This document shows, piece by piece, positions 12,961 to 26,525 of a stretch of 64,000 bases of DNA. Where the stretch lies: NCBI GenBank assembly GCA_036867785.1, contig CP145421.1:1054001-1118000 (forward strand). Reading direction: 5' to 3'. How positions within the stretch are numbered: position 1 is the first letter of the stretch; every line of letters begins with the position of its first letter. The notes beneath the pieces were generated by a model. The model saw nothing but the letters and a program-made list of their open reading frames with translations. It searched no databases and was not told the DNA's origin. The translations under genes and the position numbers were made by a program. The stretch comes from Plasmodiophora brassicae. Its lineage: Eukaryota.

Positions 12961-15900
12961 CATGAGTAGACCCGTTTGACAGGTGACAACCCGTGGAGCA
13001 TGATTGCAGCATGACTGCATGAAGAAATGATCACCAAAAATAGGCGCATGGCTGGATGCCCGATTCCGGGGCGCACCGCGCACGCGTGTCTGCGGATTGC
13101 GGAGGCTGCTTTCCAGGCGTCATTGGCGAACTGCCATTTATGGGACCGTGCGGAGCAGGTGCCATCTCCATGGTGGGCGTCGTCAGCACGGCAGACGACC
13201 CGACGACGCTGCCGCCAACGCCGCGTACTGCGATATCGTACACTGCCGCCCGGTCGGCACCGTACGGCACAAGTGGTCCAGACCCAGATGCGCCTGCCTG
13301 CCCTGTCCGCTCGCGCCGACGTCGTCGCCGCCGAACAGAGGCACGGGGCAACGCGACCGCTACGACCTCAATACGGCCTGCTGGACGCCAGGCGACGTTT
13401 CCGACACGTCTGCGAGATCGTACTGCACCTTGACGATAGGTACAAGTCATCGCCTGCTGCACAGTCACGCAGGCCTTCTGACACGCTGGACGTCACAGGT
13501 CTGCCGTCGCCTGCCGTCGAAGCGGGATGGGTACAACGTCGCGCAGGCCTGGTGACGCACTCGTCGTCCGACGATTGCTACGACTTGGCATGCCGCGCCC
13601 CAGCCCTGCACTATGCGCCGGTGGCTGGCTGACCAGCCAGGGTCGGCGCCGACCTTCCTGTCTGCGCGTCGAGCGGTGCCTGCCTGCCTGCGCTGTGTTC
13701 GGCATCGCATGTCGCAAGTCTTCGACGTCCCGAGGTGCCTGATCGCCGTACCAGCGACTGTTACGACATCGTCGATGCATCCTGCAGGATGTCTGCAGAC
13801 GCGCCGAACACTTTTGGGCGAACGCCATGCACTGGTACGGATTGTCGTCTAATGCAAAGGATCAGGTCCTCACACGTTCTGCACAGGACTCGCATCTCGC
13901 GTGTCGCCGACGACCTGCCGCGCCTGCTTGCCCTGCATGCGTCCTCGCCGTGGTCGTCGTCGACCGGCGCCACCGGCAAATGTGGCCGCCTACGACCATA
14001 ATAGGGCGCTGCTGGCCGCCTGTTCACCTCCTGGTCAGCGGCGTGTCGTCGCCCTGATTGCCCTAGTCATCGACGCCCGGATACGCCTTCCTGCCCCTGC
14101 TTGCGTCCATGTCGACGTCGCAGCCGACCATATCTGCACGGGCCAACACATTCACGACGAAGACAACGCCCCTGCGACGCCGCCGCCGCGCAACACCACG
14201 GGTCAATATAGATCCACCACGACCGCGACACGTCCTGCAGGACGCCTGCTGACGCACCAGATACATGTGGCCGGACGCCCTGCCCGTTCACGACAGGTAC
14301 GAGTCGACGTCTGATGCACGGGGTCCCGGGACATTTGACATTCTGGACAGGACTCGAGTGCCGTCGCCTATCCAGCATGAGGACCTGCAGCGCAGCAGGC
14401 ATCATGGCGATACTCTGCTTTTCTGCAAGGTGAAGGCCCATTAACCTGTTGCCTTTCGAACCGGCTGACATTCGTGTCGTTCCCGGCAGGCGCCAGCATT
14501 GCTGCTCAGAATCCAGGCGAGTTCGGAACCATCGTTGTTGCCGCGTCGGCCCCTGCTGGTACTGGTTTGACGAATTGTGCATCCCCAGCCTGGCTGACAT
14601 CCCCGGTATTCTGTCAGACGCTGGCGATGCTGCTAAGAATCCTGACGAGTGCTGTGTCACCCCTGTTGCCGCCGTGCGCCTATTCTGATGCTGGTCGGCA
14701 GGTGTCACGTAATCGATTTCCTGTTCTGGTCGACCTTCAGGCGACTGCAAGCTGCTTGAACCACTCCATTCTGGTACGCCGTCCGCTGATTCCCCTTGGT
14801 ATCGCATCGCTTTTGAACGATTCTGCTTGTATTGCAGGTACCGCCCTGGACCGGCTCGCCGCCATACGACGCGGTGTCCCTTCGCGTATGTCACATGCCC
14901 ATTCCATTCGGTGCAAGAATCTGATCCCGACCACTGAAGAACTGTCGCCCGGTGAGGCCGTCATCGTGCGTCCAGATGCGCCACCTGTCCTGTATCGCCT
15001 GGCTGACCCATAGATCAGGCCGTCAGTTCCATAGCACGTACAGTGACAATCCGCTCAGACATTCTAACCGCTGTCCTACAGGTCGGCCCTAACGCGCCTG
15101 CCTGCCCTGCCCGAGCCCACGCTGATGTCGCCGCCCACCATCATCACTGACGGCCGGATTCACTACGACCAGAACACGTCCTGCTGGACGCCTGCCAGCG
15201 AGCCCGATACGTCTGGGCGAACGTGCGGCGCCTCCTGGACAGGTACGATTCTTTGCCTGATGCATCGAGTCGGGCACTCTAACACGTGGTGGACAGAACA
15301 GGCCTGCAGTCAGCGCCGTTTCCCGTCCAGCGTGAACACCAGCAAGACAGCAGTTGTGCTGCGTCGACGGGGTGGGGACAACGTCGCGCCGACCTGCTCC
15401 TCAGCTGAGGTGGCACGCGGGCGGCACGCCCATCGCTGCAATCGGTCGCGAGCTCACCTGCACTGCACCATGTGTCTACGCCCGGCCGACAAACCAAGGT
15501 CATCGTCGAGGCCCCCATCTGCTTGCACATCTGCGCCTGCCTGCCCTGCCTGCCGTCGAGCAGGGCGGCGCCGCCTATCGTCCGTTGCCGCCGGTTGACA
15601 TGCGAACGCCTACCTGCCATCGACGACCCGCCGCCATCCCGGCCGGCGTATTGCCACAACCAGACCCGTTCAATACAAGCTCACCGTGTCGTCACACGCG
15701 TACAACGACAGTGCACATTCGTCCTGGCGTCACCGGGCGCCCAACGGTAGCCTTTGCTGCAACCGTTGCCGTGGAGGCGAACTTGGCGCTCATCGGGGTG
15801 ATCGTCAGCTATGCATGCATTCGTCAGGCACCAGAATGAGGTCAACGGACGGATTCGAGCACACGTCGTCGATCGCGATGGGATGATGTCGCATTACGGT

Positions 15901-16119
15901 TCGGACGTCAAGTTCACGAGCCTTCGCCCACAGATGGTCGGAGATACCATCCACAGTGTCAGGTAGCTGCTGCACGTCCGGCACCGCTCCCGCCAGACTC
16001 AGTGGCAATACGTTGTCAGCGCACACCATCATCAATCGGTGATCGACGAGGCTGATGAAGGCACCGGCTGACAATAATGCTCATTTGGGTCAAGCTTCTC
16101 CAAGTATCGGTGAACAAGC

Positions 16120-16470
16120 GAAAGTTTCGTTTCCATCGACCACCCGTGGTCGTGTAGAAAACATTCAACTACTCAGCGCCTGCGAGGAACGGTGACAATT
16201 CCTATTGCTTAAATACGTAGCTGTTGCTGTAGAGTGCTCGTATATTCTCTGATTGTCACTATCATCGACAGAACGATCAGCACAGAGAAATGAAAAGATT
16301 CGTTTCCATTTTGACCACCCGTGGTACTGAAGAAAACATTCAACTACTCAGCGCCTGCGAGGAATGGACTCAATTACTATTGCTAAAATACGTAGCAGTT
16401 GCTCTAGACTGCTCGTTTGCTCTATGATTGTCACTATCATGTACAGAAAGAGGAGCACAGAGAATTGAAT
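16120..16470. repeat. AT-richer tandem duplication, 2 x ~175 bp
   Basis: gaccacccgtggt...agaaaacattcaactactcagcgcctgcgaggaa...tgattgtcactatcat occurs at ~16138 and ~16313. Confidence 0.9.
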
Positions 16471-16772
16471 CCACGCAGGGCCCGCGCGCGGCGACGTTGG
16501 GTCCGTCTGCATGCCGACCATTTCAGATCTGGCGAGACTAGCAACCGGTAAAGACGCGGTAGCGCAACGCGCACGTAGAACAGTTGGTCCCGCCCAATTC
16601 CAGCCAAACGCGTCTTCGCGACCACCTTAACCATGAGCATACGTGTGGCCACGGGCCAAGTCGAACGTCTCGGATGAGTCGACCTGCCACGACGCTCTTC
16701 TGCCAGGTTACGCCATGCAATGCAGACCCGTCCATTGCGTTATTGAAATGGAAAGCATCCGGGGCAGGTTTA

Positions 16773-17160
16773 TTATACACGGGCGGCCATGCACCGATAG
16801 AACAGCATGCGGTAGACGCGCCTGGTTAGCAGGCCGGCGACATGCGGGTCTCGATACCGCACGAGGCGACTGGTGTCGCAGAAGGCCCAGCAGCCACTCG
16901 CCTGCTTCACCCAGGACACGTAGTGTCCTTGGTCTTGACCAAGACGCTGGGTGTCACCACCCTGGTAGTCGACGAGACCGACCAACTCGAAGTACGCCGG
17001 GCCAACCTGGACAACCGGCATCTGATGCAGGCCTGTGTCCGCTGAACTGCCCCTGTTCATCAACGAGTTCCGCGCCCTGTCCATGGTTCGAACAACCACA
17101 TCTCTGGGGTCAGGTTGCACCTTCACATCCGCCGACCCGTGGCGCGGCACTGATATTGTT
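16773..17160 (-). pseudogene. Remnant of the USP (C19) C-terminal His-box region, paralog of 30183.. and 44876..
   Basis: YFELVGLVDYQGGD...GHYVSWVKQASGCWAFCD...VYRMLFYRC; no Cys box upstream. Confidence 0.85.
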
Positions 17161-18744
17161 CGTATCCCAGGCGTTTCGGCACCTCTGTACGCAACCGGCG
17201 AATGAAGATGGATGCCGGGCAACGTAAAGCAGACGCCGATCCCGCGGTGGGTGCAATCTCGGCGCGATCGTCTACGCGACGTCGCTGCAAGTCGCGAAAG
17301 CCGTCCTCTGCGTCGTCCTGCATGGCCGCCCGACATGCCGTTGTGTTCGGCATCACACGGCGCAGGTCGTCCCTGACGTCGCGCCTGCCTGCACCCGGGC
17401 CGACGTCGCCGCCGACCAGTGACATTCTCCCAACAGACCCGCTACCACCTCAACACGTCCTGCTGGACGCTTGATGTCTCGCGCGTCATCGAACTCGTTA
17501 GCCGCATGCAACACGTCCTGCTGATGGGGTATCGTCGCGTCCAGCGCGTCTGTGAGAACGCCCTGCACCTCGAGGACAGGTACGAATTGTCGCCTCAGGC
17601 ACAGACCCAGGCCGTCTAACTCGTGCTGGACAGGACACGCCTGGCATCGCCTGCCGTCTTTCGTCCAGCATGAGCTGCTGCGGGACAGTGGTCGTCCTGC
17701 CGGGCCGGGCCGGGTCCAGCACCGCGCCGGCCAGCTCCTCAGCTAAGGCGGCGTTTAGACCGCCCGCAGCAGCTCGCTGCGTTCGGGCTGGCGCGCCCTT
17801 GACCTACATCATGCATCGATGGGCGACGAACAACCAAGGGCGCCTTTGCTGTCCCGTCCGCCTGACGAGCGTCGCTTGCCTGTCCTGCAGATCGTCCAGC
17901 AGGCCAGCGGTGTCCAGCACCAGTTGCCGCCGGTCGACATGCGGGCGCGTACGAAGACCCGCCGCCATCCCGCGGGCCGTCACATCTTCACAAGTTGATC
18001 TTCTTCAATACAAGCAGACGAGGTCTATACGTGCGTGCACCGCACCTGCAGGTCGTCCTGGCGTCAGCCGGCACCGAGCGGCAGCGTTCGAAGAATGCGG
18101 TGCAGGGGGGCGGCGCCCGTTCCCGGGCGTGGGCTCTGCCGTCTCGCGCCACCTGCGTGTCGATCATGGCTAAAGGCCGATCACCTCAATCCAGCGACGT
18201 AAGCAGGTCTGTCATGGCCGCGGGCAGGTACAGCAGTACCTGGCACCAGATTCCCAGCAGACGGTGTCGTGTCCGCCGCCGCCTGACAACGACCCGCCAT
18301 CCTCCCTGTCCGACATACATCCACAACCAGAACCGTTGAGAGCAACTAGACAGTTGCATTCGCGCGGATAGCCCCCTGCAGGCCGCCCTGGCGTCCCGTT
18401 GCGCCGAACAGCGGTCCTCGCTGCACTGGGTGCAAAGCGACGGCGCACATCGCCGATGACGTTCGCCGACATCGCCTCACCTGCGTGTCGATGACTACAA
18501 GTCAGGCCAGACGATCAATACAGGCTTGTCGGCATTGACGCACGCATGTAGGGCAGTTGATCGCGTCCGTTTCCCAGCAATGCCTCGCGTTCAGCGCCCG
18601 CCACTGTGCGTACGTACGCGCCAGGTCCACGTCGAGGTCGACCATGGCGCCATCCTACATTACCTTGTGGCCAGGTATTCAGTTCGGATACCAGGTCTGT
18701 GCACAGCGATCGATCGCCTGCAGGTAGGCGCCAGTCCAGATTCG

Positions 18745-19660
18745 TCCACGTGGGCAGCAGGGCGCCGACTCCGTGGGGGCGGGCGACGTCGACGCGACCG
18801 ACCACCCGTCGACGCCGCCGATCGCCTCGCCGTCGCCGCCCACTGCAACGTCCTACAAGGCCGCCCGATATCCAGTTGTGCTCGGTACTGCGTGGGGCAG
18901 GTCGTCGACGACCTAGCGCCTCAGCCTGCCCGCTCAGCATCCGCGCCGACATCCCCGCCGTCCGACGCCATGGGCCAACGGACCCAGTGCACCACTACAC
19001 CTCCCGCTGGACGCTTGCCGACACGTACGACGCGTCTGGGCGGAGCATGTGCACCTCCAGGACAGGTATGGGGTGTTCCTTGATGCACAGCCGCGCGGAT
19101 TCACTGACATTGTTGGCAGGACCGACCAGCAATCGACCGTTCAGCACGAGCACCTGCAGGGCACTAATCGTCGTTCCTAGAGGGGCTGGAGCCAACCCCA
19201 GGCTAGCCTTCTCGAGGACTGGGGCGGCGTCCTGACTGCCCGCCGATCGTTGCATTTGGTCCGACGCGCCCGTGCTCTGCACCATGCATCGCCGACGGGA
19301 CGGCCAACCAAGGGCGTCGCCAGGCTTCCCGTATGCCAGCGAGCAGCGTGTTCCTGTCCTGCAGGTCGTCCAGCAGGGCAGTTTCGCCCGTTACTACTGC
19401 CCGACATGGAAACGTCTGCCACCGTCGACGACCTACCACCATCCCTGCCGACATCTGCCTGAACCAGAACCGTTCGAATTACAAGCAGACCAGGTCGACA
19501 CACGCGTACGTCTTGCCCGCAGGTTGTCCTGGCGTTAGCCAGCACCGCGCGACAGCATTCGATGAAACTGGGAGAGGGAGCAGTGCCCGTCGCCGACATC
19601 GGCGCCGCATGTGTGTGAACCATAGTAGATCAGGCAAGACGAGCAACCCCAGTCAGGTTT
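18745..19660. repeat. Copy of the dispersed degenerate unit, closely similar to 6478-7375
   Basis: Colinear shared sequence by eye. Confidence 0.85.
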
Positions 19661-21342
19661 GTGCCTCGTCAAACGCACGTGGCACAGCGCTGGTAGCCCA
19701 TATTTCCTGCGAACGTTTCACGTCCATCGCCGCGACGACTCTCCGACCACCGACACGGGTCATCGCACCCACTTCGAACGCAACACATATATCGTCCTGG
19801 ACATCTGCCGTCGCGTTCCCGGTGCCACTATGACCGCAGCGCGCCCTGATGGATGCTTGCCGTCGCGCTAAGCTCGTCTGGGAGGACGTCCTTCACCTCC
19901 AGGAGAAGAATGTTTGTTCGCCTGAAGCACGGAGCTTCATGTTCAAAGGGCACTCGTGCCGTCCTCCGCCGTCTCAAGTCGACAAACAGTCCCCGCAAGG
20001 CAGCCGTCACCCTGCCTAGGCTGGACGGAGCCAGCATCACTTCTGTGGCGGCGTCCTGGCCCCCCGTCGACCTTGGCAATCGAGGGCGTGCGCCAGTGCC
20101 CTGCACCGTGCGCCGATGGGCAGGCACACCATCCAAGGGCGTCGCTGAGCTCCACGTCTGCTTCCATACAGAGCGCCAGTCTGTCCCGCGTATCGTACAT
20201 CTGGCCCGTCGTTCCCAGCGCCAGTTGTTCGCCCTCGACATGCGCACGCCGCCCTGCCACCGACGACGTCCCGACACCATCCCTGCCGGCATATTGCCAC
20301 AACCAGAACCGTTCAATACAATCCAATGAGGTCGACGTCGCGCACAGCACCGGTCGCATTTGACATCGTCACGACAAACGGCACTAAACGGCAGGAGATC
20401 GCTGACATCCGTGCAGGACGCATATCACCCTTTGCAGAACGAGGACACCAGCCTCGCGCCTACCTGCGTGTCAACCATTTCCGGTCAGACCAGCTGAGCA
20501 GTGCAGTCATACCAGGCATCGCAGCACACATGTGGTACAGTTGATCATGGCAGATTCCCAGCAACGCCTCGCATCCAGTGACCCAGTTTGCAGACGTTCT
20601 GGCCAGGCCCTAGGCGTAGTCGACTGGTTGTGCGGAACGACATCGATCGCGAACGAGTCGCTTGCGATTGTGCCGATGTGTGCGATATATACATTTTGTC
20701 GAGTCCATACATGAGCCTGATACGGGGACTGTATTCAACCACCGCATGACGACGGACGCCGGTCAAGAACCTGAAGGAGGCGCCGGCTCCGTTGTGCGCC
20801 GTCGGCGCGACCGATCACAAGTCATCGCTGCGGGTCGCGAACGCCGGCCACTGAATTGTCGTGCACGGCCGACCGACATGCCTGTGGCTCGGCGTCGCGA
20901 ATCGCATATCATCCACGTCCAGACGCGCCTGCCCGCGCCCGCGCCGACCAGCGACGCGGGACAACGCACCCACTACCAGAACAACCGTCCTGCAGGAAAG
21001 CCTATCGACGCGCCCGAGTCGTCTGGGAGAAGGTCCTGCACCGCCGTGACAGGTGCAATTCGTCGTCTGACGCACAGAGCCAGGCCCCCCTCTAACCCGT
21101 GCTTGACAGGACGCGCCTCCTTCTGTCTGCGGCCCCACATGCAGCGCCAGCAAACGATCTGTATCTCCAAGAGAAGAACGTGTCGTTGCATTTCGCACTT
21201 GCGCCCAGGCACAACATGCTATCCCGGCACAAAGGTGACAGGCCGGCACTGCCAGGCCGGGAGAAGCTGCCGTTCTGGAAGCGATCCTACGGTCCTCGGA
21301 ACCGAAACCGAGGCGCCTGCCTGAAAAGCGCGAAACACAAAT

Positions 21343-21368
21343 AAACTAAACTAAACTAAACTAAACTA
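21343..21368. repeat. (AAACT)n microsatellite
   Basis: aaactaaactaaactaaactaaacta. Confidence 0.85.
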
Positions 21369-21662
21369 GGCACAACATGCTCTGGATACATATGACCTCA
21401 ACATCTCCCGCCTTTCCACCATGAACACGAGCAGGGCAGCAGGGAAGCGTCGTGCTGACCTGATCCGCAGCTGAGCGGCGCCCTGCAGGCCCGCCCTCGG
21501 ATGACAGCAATCGCTCGCGCGCGCCGCTCCAAGCACTGATAGGGAAGACCCACCAAGCATACGTGGCCGTCGCCTCGACATGTGGATGCCTGCCTGACGT
21601 CGACGAACCGCCGCCCTCCTTGCTGAAATATCGCAGCAATCCGAAGCGCCCAGTGCAAGAAT

Positions 21663-22008
21663 ATTAGGTCGACACGCGCGTCCGCCGACTCAGCATGACG
21701 TCGTCCTGCCGTCTGCCGAAGACGGCGCTGGGTGCGGCGCCCGTCGCAGGACGTACATCGGTGTCGCGATCGGCAGACCAGCCAAGGGTGTTGCCGACCT
21801 CGCCAACAGCATAGAATGCGTCTCTTCCCTGTCCTGCAGGTCGTCCTGCAGAACAGCGACGTCTAGCGCCGCCTGCTGTGGACGACCCCAGCGACATAGT
21901 CTGCCGACACCGATGTACGTCCTGCGATGGGCGCCGCACCCAGCGCCGTCTTCGGCAGACGGCAGGACGACGTCATGCTGAGTCGGCGGACGCGCGTGTC
22001 GATCTAAT
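21663..22008. repeat. Long near-perfect inverted repeat: arms 21663-21766 and 21905-22008, 138-bp spacer
   Basis: The left arm tcgacacgcgcgtccgccgactcagcatgacgtcg...catcggtgtcg is the reverse complement of the right arm cgacaccgatg...cgcgcgtgtcga, with about 2 mismatches over ~104 bp. Confidence 0.92.
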
Positions 22009-22399
22009 GCAGCAGCTGGCCTATACTCGTGCACACCAGCCCCGCAAGTCGCCCTGGCCGCAGCCCGCTCGCAGCGGCAGCAATCGCTGGAGTCGACAAA
22101 GGGCGAGGAGCCAGTCGTCGTTCCGGGCCACCGGGTTTGGCTCCGTCTGCGATACGACCATGCCAGACCCTGACCAGACGAGAAAAACGGAATGTCGTGC
22201 ATTGGAGCACGCAAGTAGGACCGAATGCCACGCCTGATCAACTTGACGGCACACACCGTGGAGCGCGTTGCTTGATCAAGCAACGCGCTGTGTCAACGCC
22301 GTCAATTTGCATAAATGCACCCCGCTGTCAGGGCTGATTCGACCTTGGTGCCCGGTCCGAAATCGGTTGGAAGGGCCGCATGTGCAAGTCGCCAAATCT

Positions 22400-23200
22400 G
22401 CGAGTGGTTGTCATTGCCAGCGCCCCAGCAGGGAACATGTTCGGCGCTACAACGAGCCCACGGTCCCGAAGTTCGATGCTGTCGTTCTCGATGCAGACAA
22501 TGTCGACGGGCGCGCTTGACAAGGGACGCAACTTGGTGCTATGTACATGTACGTGGTGGCGGACTGCGCTTCGTTAAGGAGACACACCCGCTGTACAACG
22601 CCCTTTCCTATCTGATTATGGTTTGGCACGGTCGCGAAGGCTGGCCTATCGCATTCAAGCAAGACACGGGCGTCACGTTGAAGGCGCACACGCAGTACCT
22701 CTCCAGCAACGCGACATTGGCGACAACGTCCTCATTAATTCGGTGTCGTAAGCTGTTTCCACAGTCGTGGTGCATCAGTATCTTCGCACCGAGCAGCAGA
22801 ACCTGCTGTAAGTTCGTCAGAACCAGGACACCAAGCTACGACGTGGTTCTTCGCTGTGCTGGTCGCCGCAAGATAGGCCAGCAACCCTGCAACAGTACTT
22901 ACCCCTGACCTTCCAATATACATCTCCTTTCCGATGAACTTAAATCCTCACTCGCCGTTCATCCTCTCTTTCGACGCCACAAGCACCCTCCCGCCCCTCG
23001 GCACCAGCATATTCGTGCGGCACACGATGGCGGATCGATCGGGCGACGCATCGTCCTTCCGTCCACGTGCCGTCGTCACGGGGGGCGACGCCCCAATGCG
23101 GTGCGAAGGTTGGCCGCCGCCGGCGCCGCGCGCCACCAACAGACGATAATGCTGGCGTACCAAGCCTCCGCCGACATGCCCATTTTCGCATGCGGGAGGC
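22400..23200 (+). pseudogene. Helitron Rep fragment, second and longer copy, frameshifted
   Basis: VRRYNEPTVPKFDAVV...RNLVL..HVRGGGLRFVKETHPLYNALSYLIMVWHGREGW...SIGRRIVLPST matches the Helitron pattern RRYN.PT..EVA...RDIVL..R.G.L.RI.E.H. Confidence 0.75.
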
Positions 23201-23520
23201 CCGGGCTTCTCGGTTGAGTAAGTACACTCTATTGTCGACAATCGTGCCATGGTTCTTGCGCCAACAACATCTGGCCGCAGAGCCCCATCTGTGGTGGCCG
23301 ACGGGCCACCTTCGTCATCGATCAACAACCTGCATGTCCGGCCTTGGCGTGGCCCGATACCGACATGCGCTTGGCACTGCCCTCGGACATGATGGCGACC
23401 TGAAGTGCCTGACTAGTGGCCTCGGAGCGCCTGACTGGTAGCCTCGGAGCGACGCTCACAACCTTCCTGGCCAGGTCTGTCCACACGGACTTTCACTCCA
23501 GTTTGACGTGGGCGGCCATC

Positions 23521-24150
23521 ATGTCGCGCGCAGTCTCTGGAGGAGCTATTCAGGCAGGCGCACGTCGACGCCGCGGCCGCGAACAGGGCCGTCAGGGAGG
23601 CGCGGGACGCCAACCCCGATGACCCGCGCCTGGCCGGCATGGAGCGCGACGCCGACCGCGCCGGTGCTGCCCGCGACGCTGCCCTGGCCGCCTATGTCGC
23701 GTCACGTCCCGCCGCCCCGCCCGCCGGTACTTCTTGCCTCGATTTACGCGTGGCTATATTTTGATAACGCTGGTTGGACTTCTAGAGGACACGACGACCC
23801 TCGTAGGCGATTGGTTTCTCGTCGCTGCAAGAAAGACGGTTGCCCATGTATATGCTTTATTTCGGCGTCCAGGGCCGGATTGGCAACAATTGGGGTCCAC
23901 TGCTGATAGTTCTCAACGGCGTTATCGCCAACATGCACCCGCCCTCAGCCGTTGGTTTTCGCTGATAATGTTCGCGAACAGTTCTTTGATATTATAGCGC
24001 GCAGCCGTACCTGTCGGGGACGGTTGGGATCGCGGCGCTGTTCCTGTTCCTGTTTCGAGTCTGCAACCGCCGTCGTTAAAGGCTGGTGCACTTCGCCGAC
24101 GAGCGAAGCACAACTAAACCTATCCTGTTGTCCCGCGTCTGCAGACCCTT
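23521..24150 (+). pseudogene. Paralog of the kinase N-terminal exon (frameshifted near the ATG) followed by an unrelated, non-kinase sequence
   Basis: 23521-23700 is nearly identical to 8390-8560 (gacgccgcggccgcgaacagggccgtcagggaggcgcgggacgccaaccccgatgacccg). Probable intron gtactt..ttctag at ~23727-23784. The downstream sequence lacks kinase motifs. Confidence 0.65.
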
Positions 24151-24189
24151 GACGGCAGTGCATGACATTGGGTTTTAGGAAATTCTCAT

Positions 24190-26525
24190 GTATTCACCCG
24201 TTGTTCAGGCGGGGAAACGAAGCTGGACGACGCCCGGCGTCGCTCGGAAGCGATGCCGGGTCGACAGCGGGGACCAGTCGCCCGAGCAGCTGATGATTGT
24301 ACGCACTGCGCCGCTCAGCCAAATATGGCGAGCGGCGGCAGTGCGGTGCTCGGCGCGCGATGCGATCGTGTCGCATGGCGCTGGTCGTGATGGAGATTGG
24401 GATGTTGGGTGCCGTGCTGCGGTTCCCGAAGGCCATGGCCACCGACGACTTCATCAACGAGTCCATGCCCGCGAGCGACGCTTTCGAATGATCCGAGAAG
24501 GCGAGGCCGTACTCGGCGCGGGCGCGAACCCAGCAGAATATGAGCAGTCGCTTGCGGGCCAGGGACAAGTGCTTGGTCGCCAGGGCGCCGGTCCGTCCGA
24601 TCGCCATCAGCAGCGACTTGGCCTTCCCCGTCCGGTCCTGGAGCTGGGCATCGTGGGCGAATCACCGCCACGCATACCCATGCCCAGGAACTTGGTCGGG
24701 GACGCCAGGTCGGCCTCGTCTGGGATTTCGTCCCCATTAATCGTGAACGTCGCGCCGCGGCGGTCCCTCGTCACCTGCGACTTCCTCGCGTTAAACACGA
24801 ACCGATGCCGGCGGGCGTACTCCTCGCAGTAGTCCAGCATCCGCTGTGCAACGTCGTCCGACAACGCGTACAGAGACGTGTCGTCGGCGAACATCTGCGC
24901 AGGGACCGGCTGGTCGTACAGCGAGGGTGCAACGCGCCCGAAGACGCGGCACAGCCCGGCCGGCAGGTCGTCGATCTGAATGTTGAACAGGAACGGGGAC
25001 AGCACGGCGCCCTGGAAGACGCCGACCAGCACGTCGATCGCGCTCGACAGCTGCCCGTCCAGCATCACCTGAAACGTGCACCCGTCGAACAGCGACTGGA
25101 CGACAGCGACAACGTGAGCGGGGACGCCGCGCGCCAGCAACTTCTCGTAGACGAGCTGCCGCTCGGTCGTGTCGAACGCCTTCTGGATGTCCAGGAGGAT
25201 CGTCGTGACCGGCTGCTTCAGCCGCCGGTACTTGTCGATCAGCTCGCTGGCGACCCAGATCGCCTCCGGACACCCGATCCCGTCCTGGAACCCGAACTGG
25301 AGGCGGTGCACGCGCAGCCAGTCACGCGACTGCATCAGCCAGACGAGGCAGCGCTCGTACGTCTTCCGCAGGTGCGACTGGAGCGCGATGCCCCGCCAGC
25401 TGCCCGGGTCCATGGAATCGCAGTCCTTCTTCAGCAACGGCTTCATGAAGGCCGACTTCCACGCCGACGGCACCAGCTGAAGCGCGTAGAAGACGACGAA
25501 CATGGCCGAGATCCATTGCGAGGCAGCCTCCGTGTCGCCTTTGAACACGTCGAGCGGCAGGTTGTCCGGGCCGATGCCCTTCATCCAGGCCTGCCGTCCG
25601 ATCGCGCTCGCGACGGCGCCGGGGCTGAACGCGCCGGCCTCTTCTGGGTCCAGGTCGGCGGGACGGCACGGTCGGCGGTAGTCGACTCGATCGGGAGCGT
25701 CGGCGGTGCGGTCGAACACGTCGCGATACTTGTCGGCAAACTGCTCGAGCGACGGGCGCTGCGACGGCCGCAGCTCGGCCGACTGGGCGAACACGCGGCG
25801 CATCTTGGAGAGGAAGAAGCCCAGATCGACCGTCTGCATGGCGCGCCAGTCGACCGGCATGACCCGCGTGTGGCCTCGCCGGGACTGGTCGCGCCGCCAG
25901 CAGGCCCGCCGCTCGACCGTCGTCCGGATCACGTCCATCGAGTAGTCGTACAACGCGTCGATGGCGCCCTGCATGGCCTGGCGGTCGCCGTTGACCAGGT
26001 CGTCGGCGTCGGCGGCCGCCTGCCGCCACATGCTCAGTAGATGGTTGTAGCAGGGGTGGAGCAGCTCGGCCAGCAGGGGACCCGTCTCCTCGTCGGCAAA
26101 CAGCCGGCGACCCCACGACCAGCGCTTGGGGTCGGACAGATCCGGTGGGTCCAGATCGAGTCGCGTCAACAGGAGGCGGTGGCCGGTCGAGTGGGGCGGG
26201 TCCGTGATCGTCAGCGTGGCGTCGACGCCCGCGAGCGAGAAATCGACAATCGATCGCCCGCCGCGTCCGCCCAGGTACGTGTACCGCGTCGGCTCGTAGC
26301 GCAGGTCAGCGTTCAGCAGCTGCAGGGCGTTCGCGCCGGCAAAGTCATGGACGACCTCGCCCCGGGAATCAGACTGGTGGTCACCGGTCAGACGCCCGAG
26401 GTGGGCGTTGAAGTCGCCCGTGACGATGGCGACGTCGTCCTCGCGGACGACCTCGGCGAGCGCCTGCGACAGGCCGGACAGCACACACTCGTACAGCGGC
26501 AGCGGGAACGACTGCGTGCAGTGTG
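24190..26525 (-). mobile_element. LINE copy 2: C-terminal half of an APE endonuclease plus RT; frameshift near 24650, 3' part lost or diverged
   Basis: APE motifs VTGDFNAH, TY...SIVDF, TGHRLL. RT motifs WRGIALQS, QFGFQ, LLDIQKAFDT, GVFQGAVLSPFLFN, MFADD, KFLGM. Similarity resumes in ORF 24194..24607 (TKHLSLARKR..WVRARAEYGL). Confidence 0.9.

Noticed and set aside
13027-21660. Numerous 60-270 aa Arg/Pro/Ala-rich ORFs
   Set aside because: Expected in GC-rich decayed repeats; frames are not conserved between copies.
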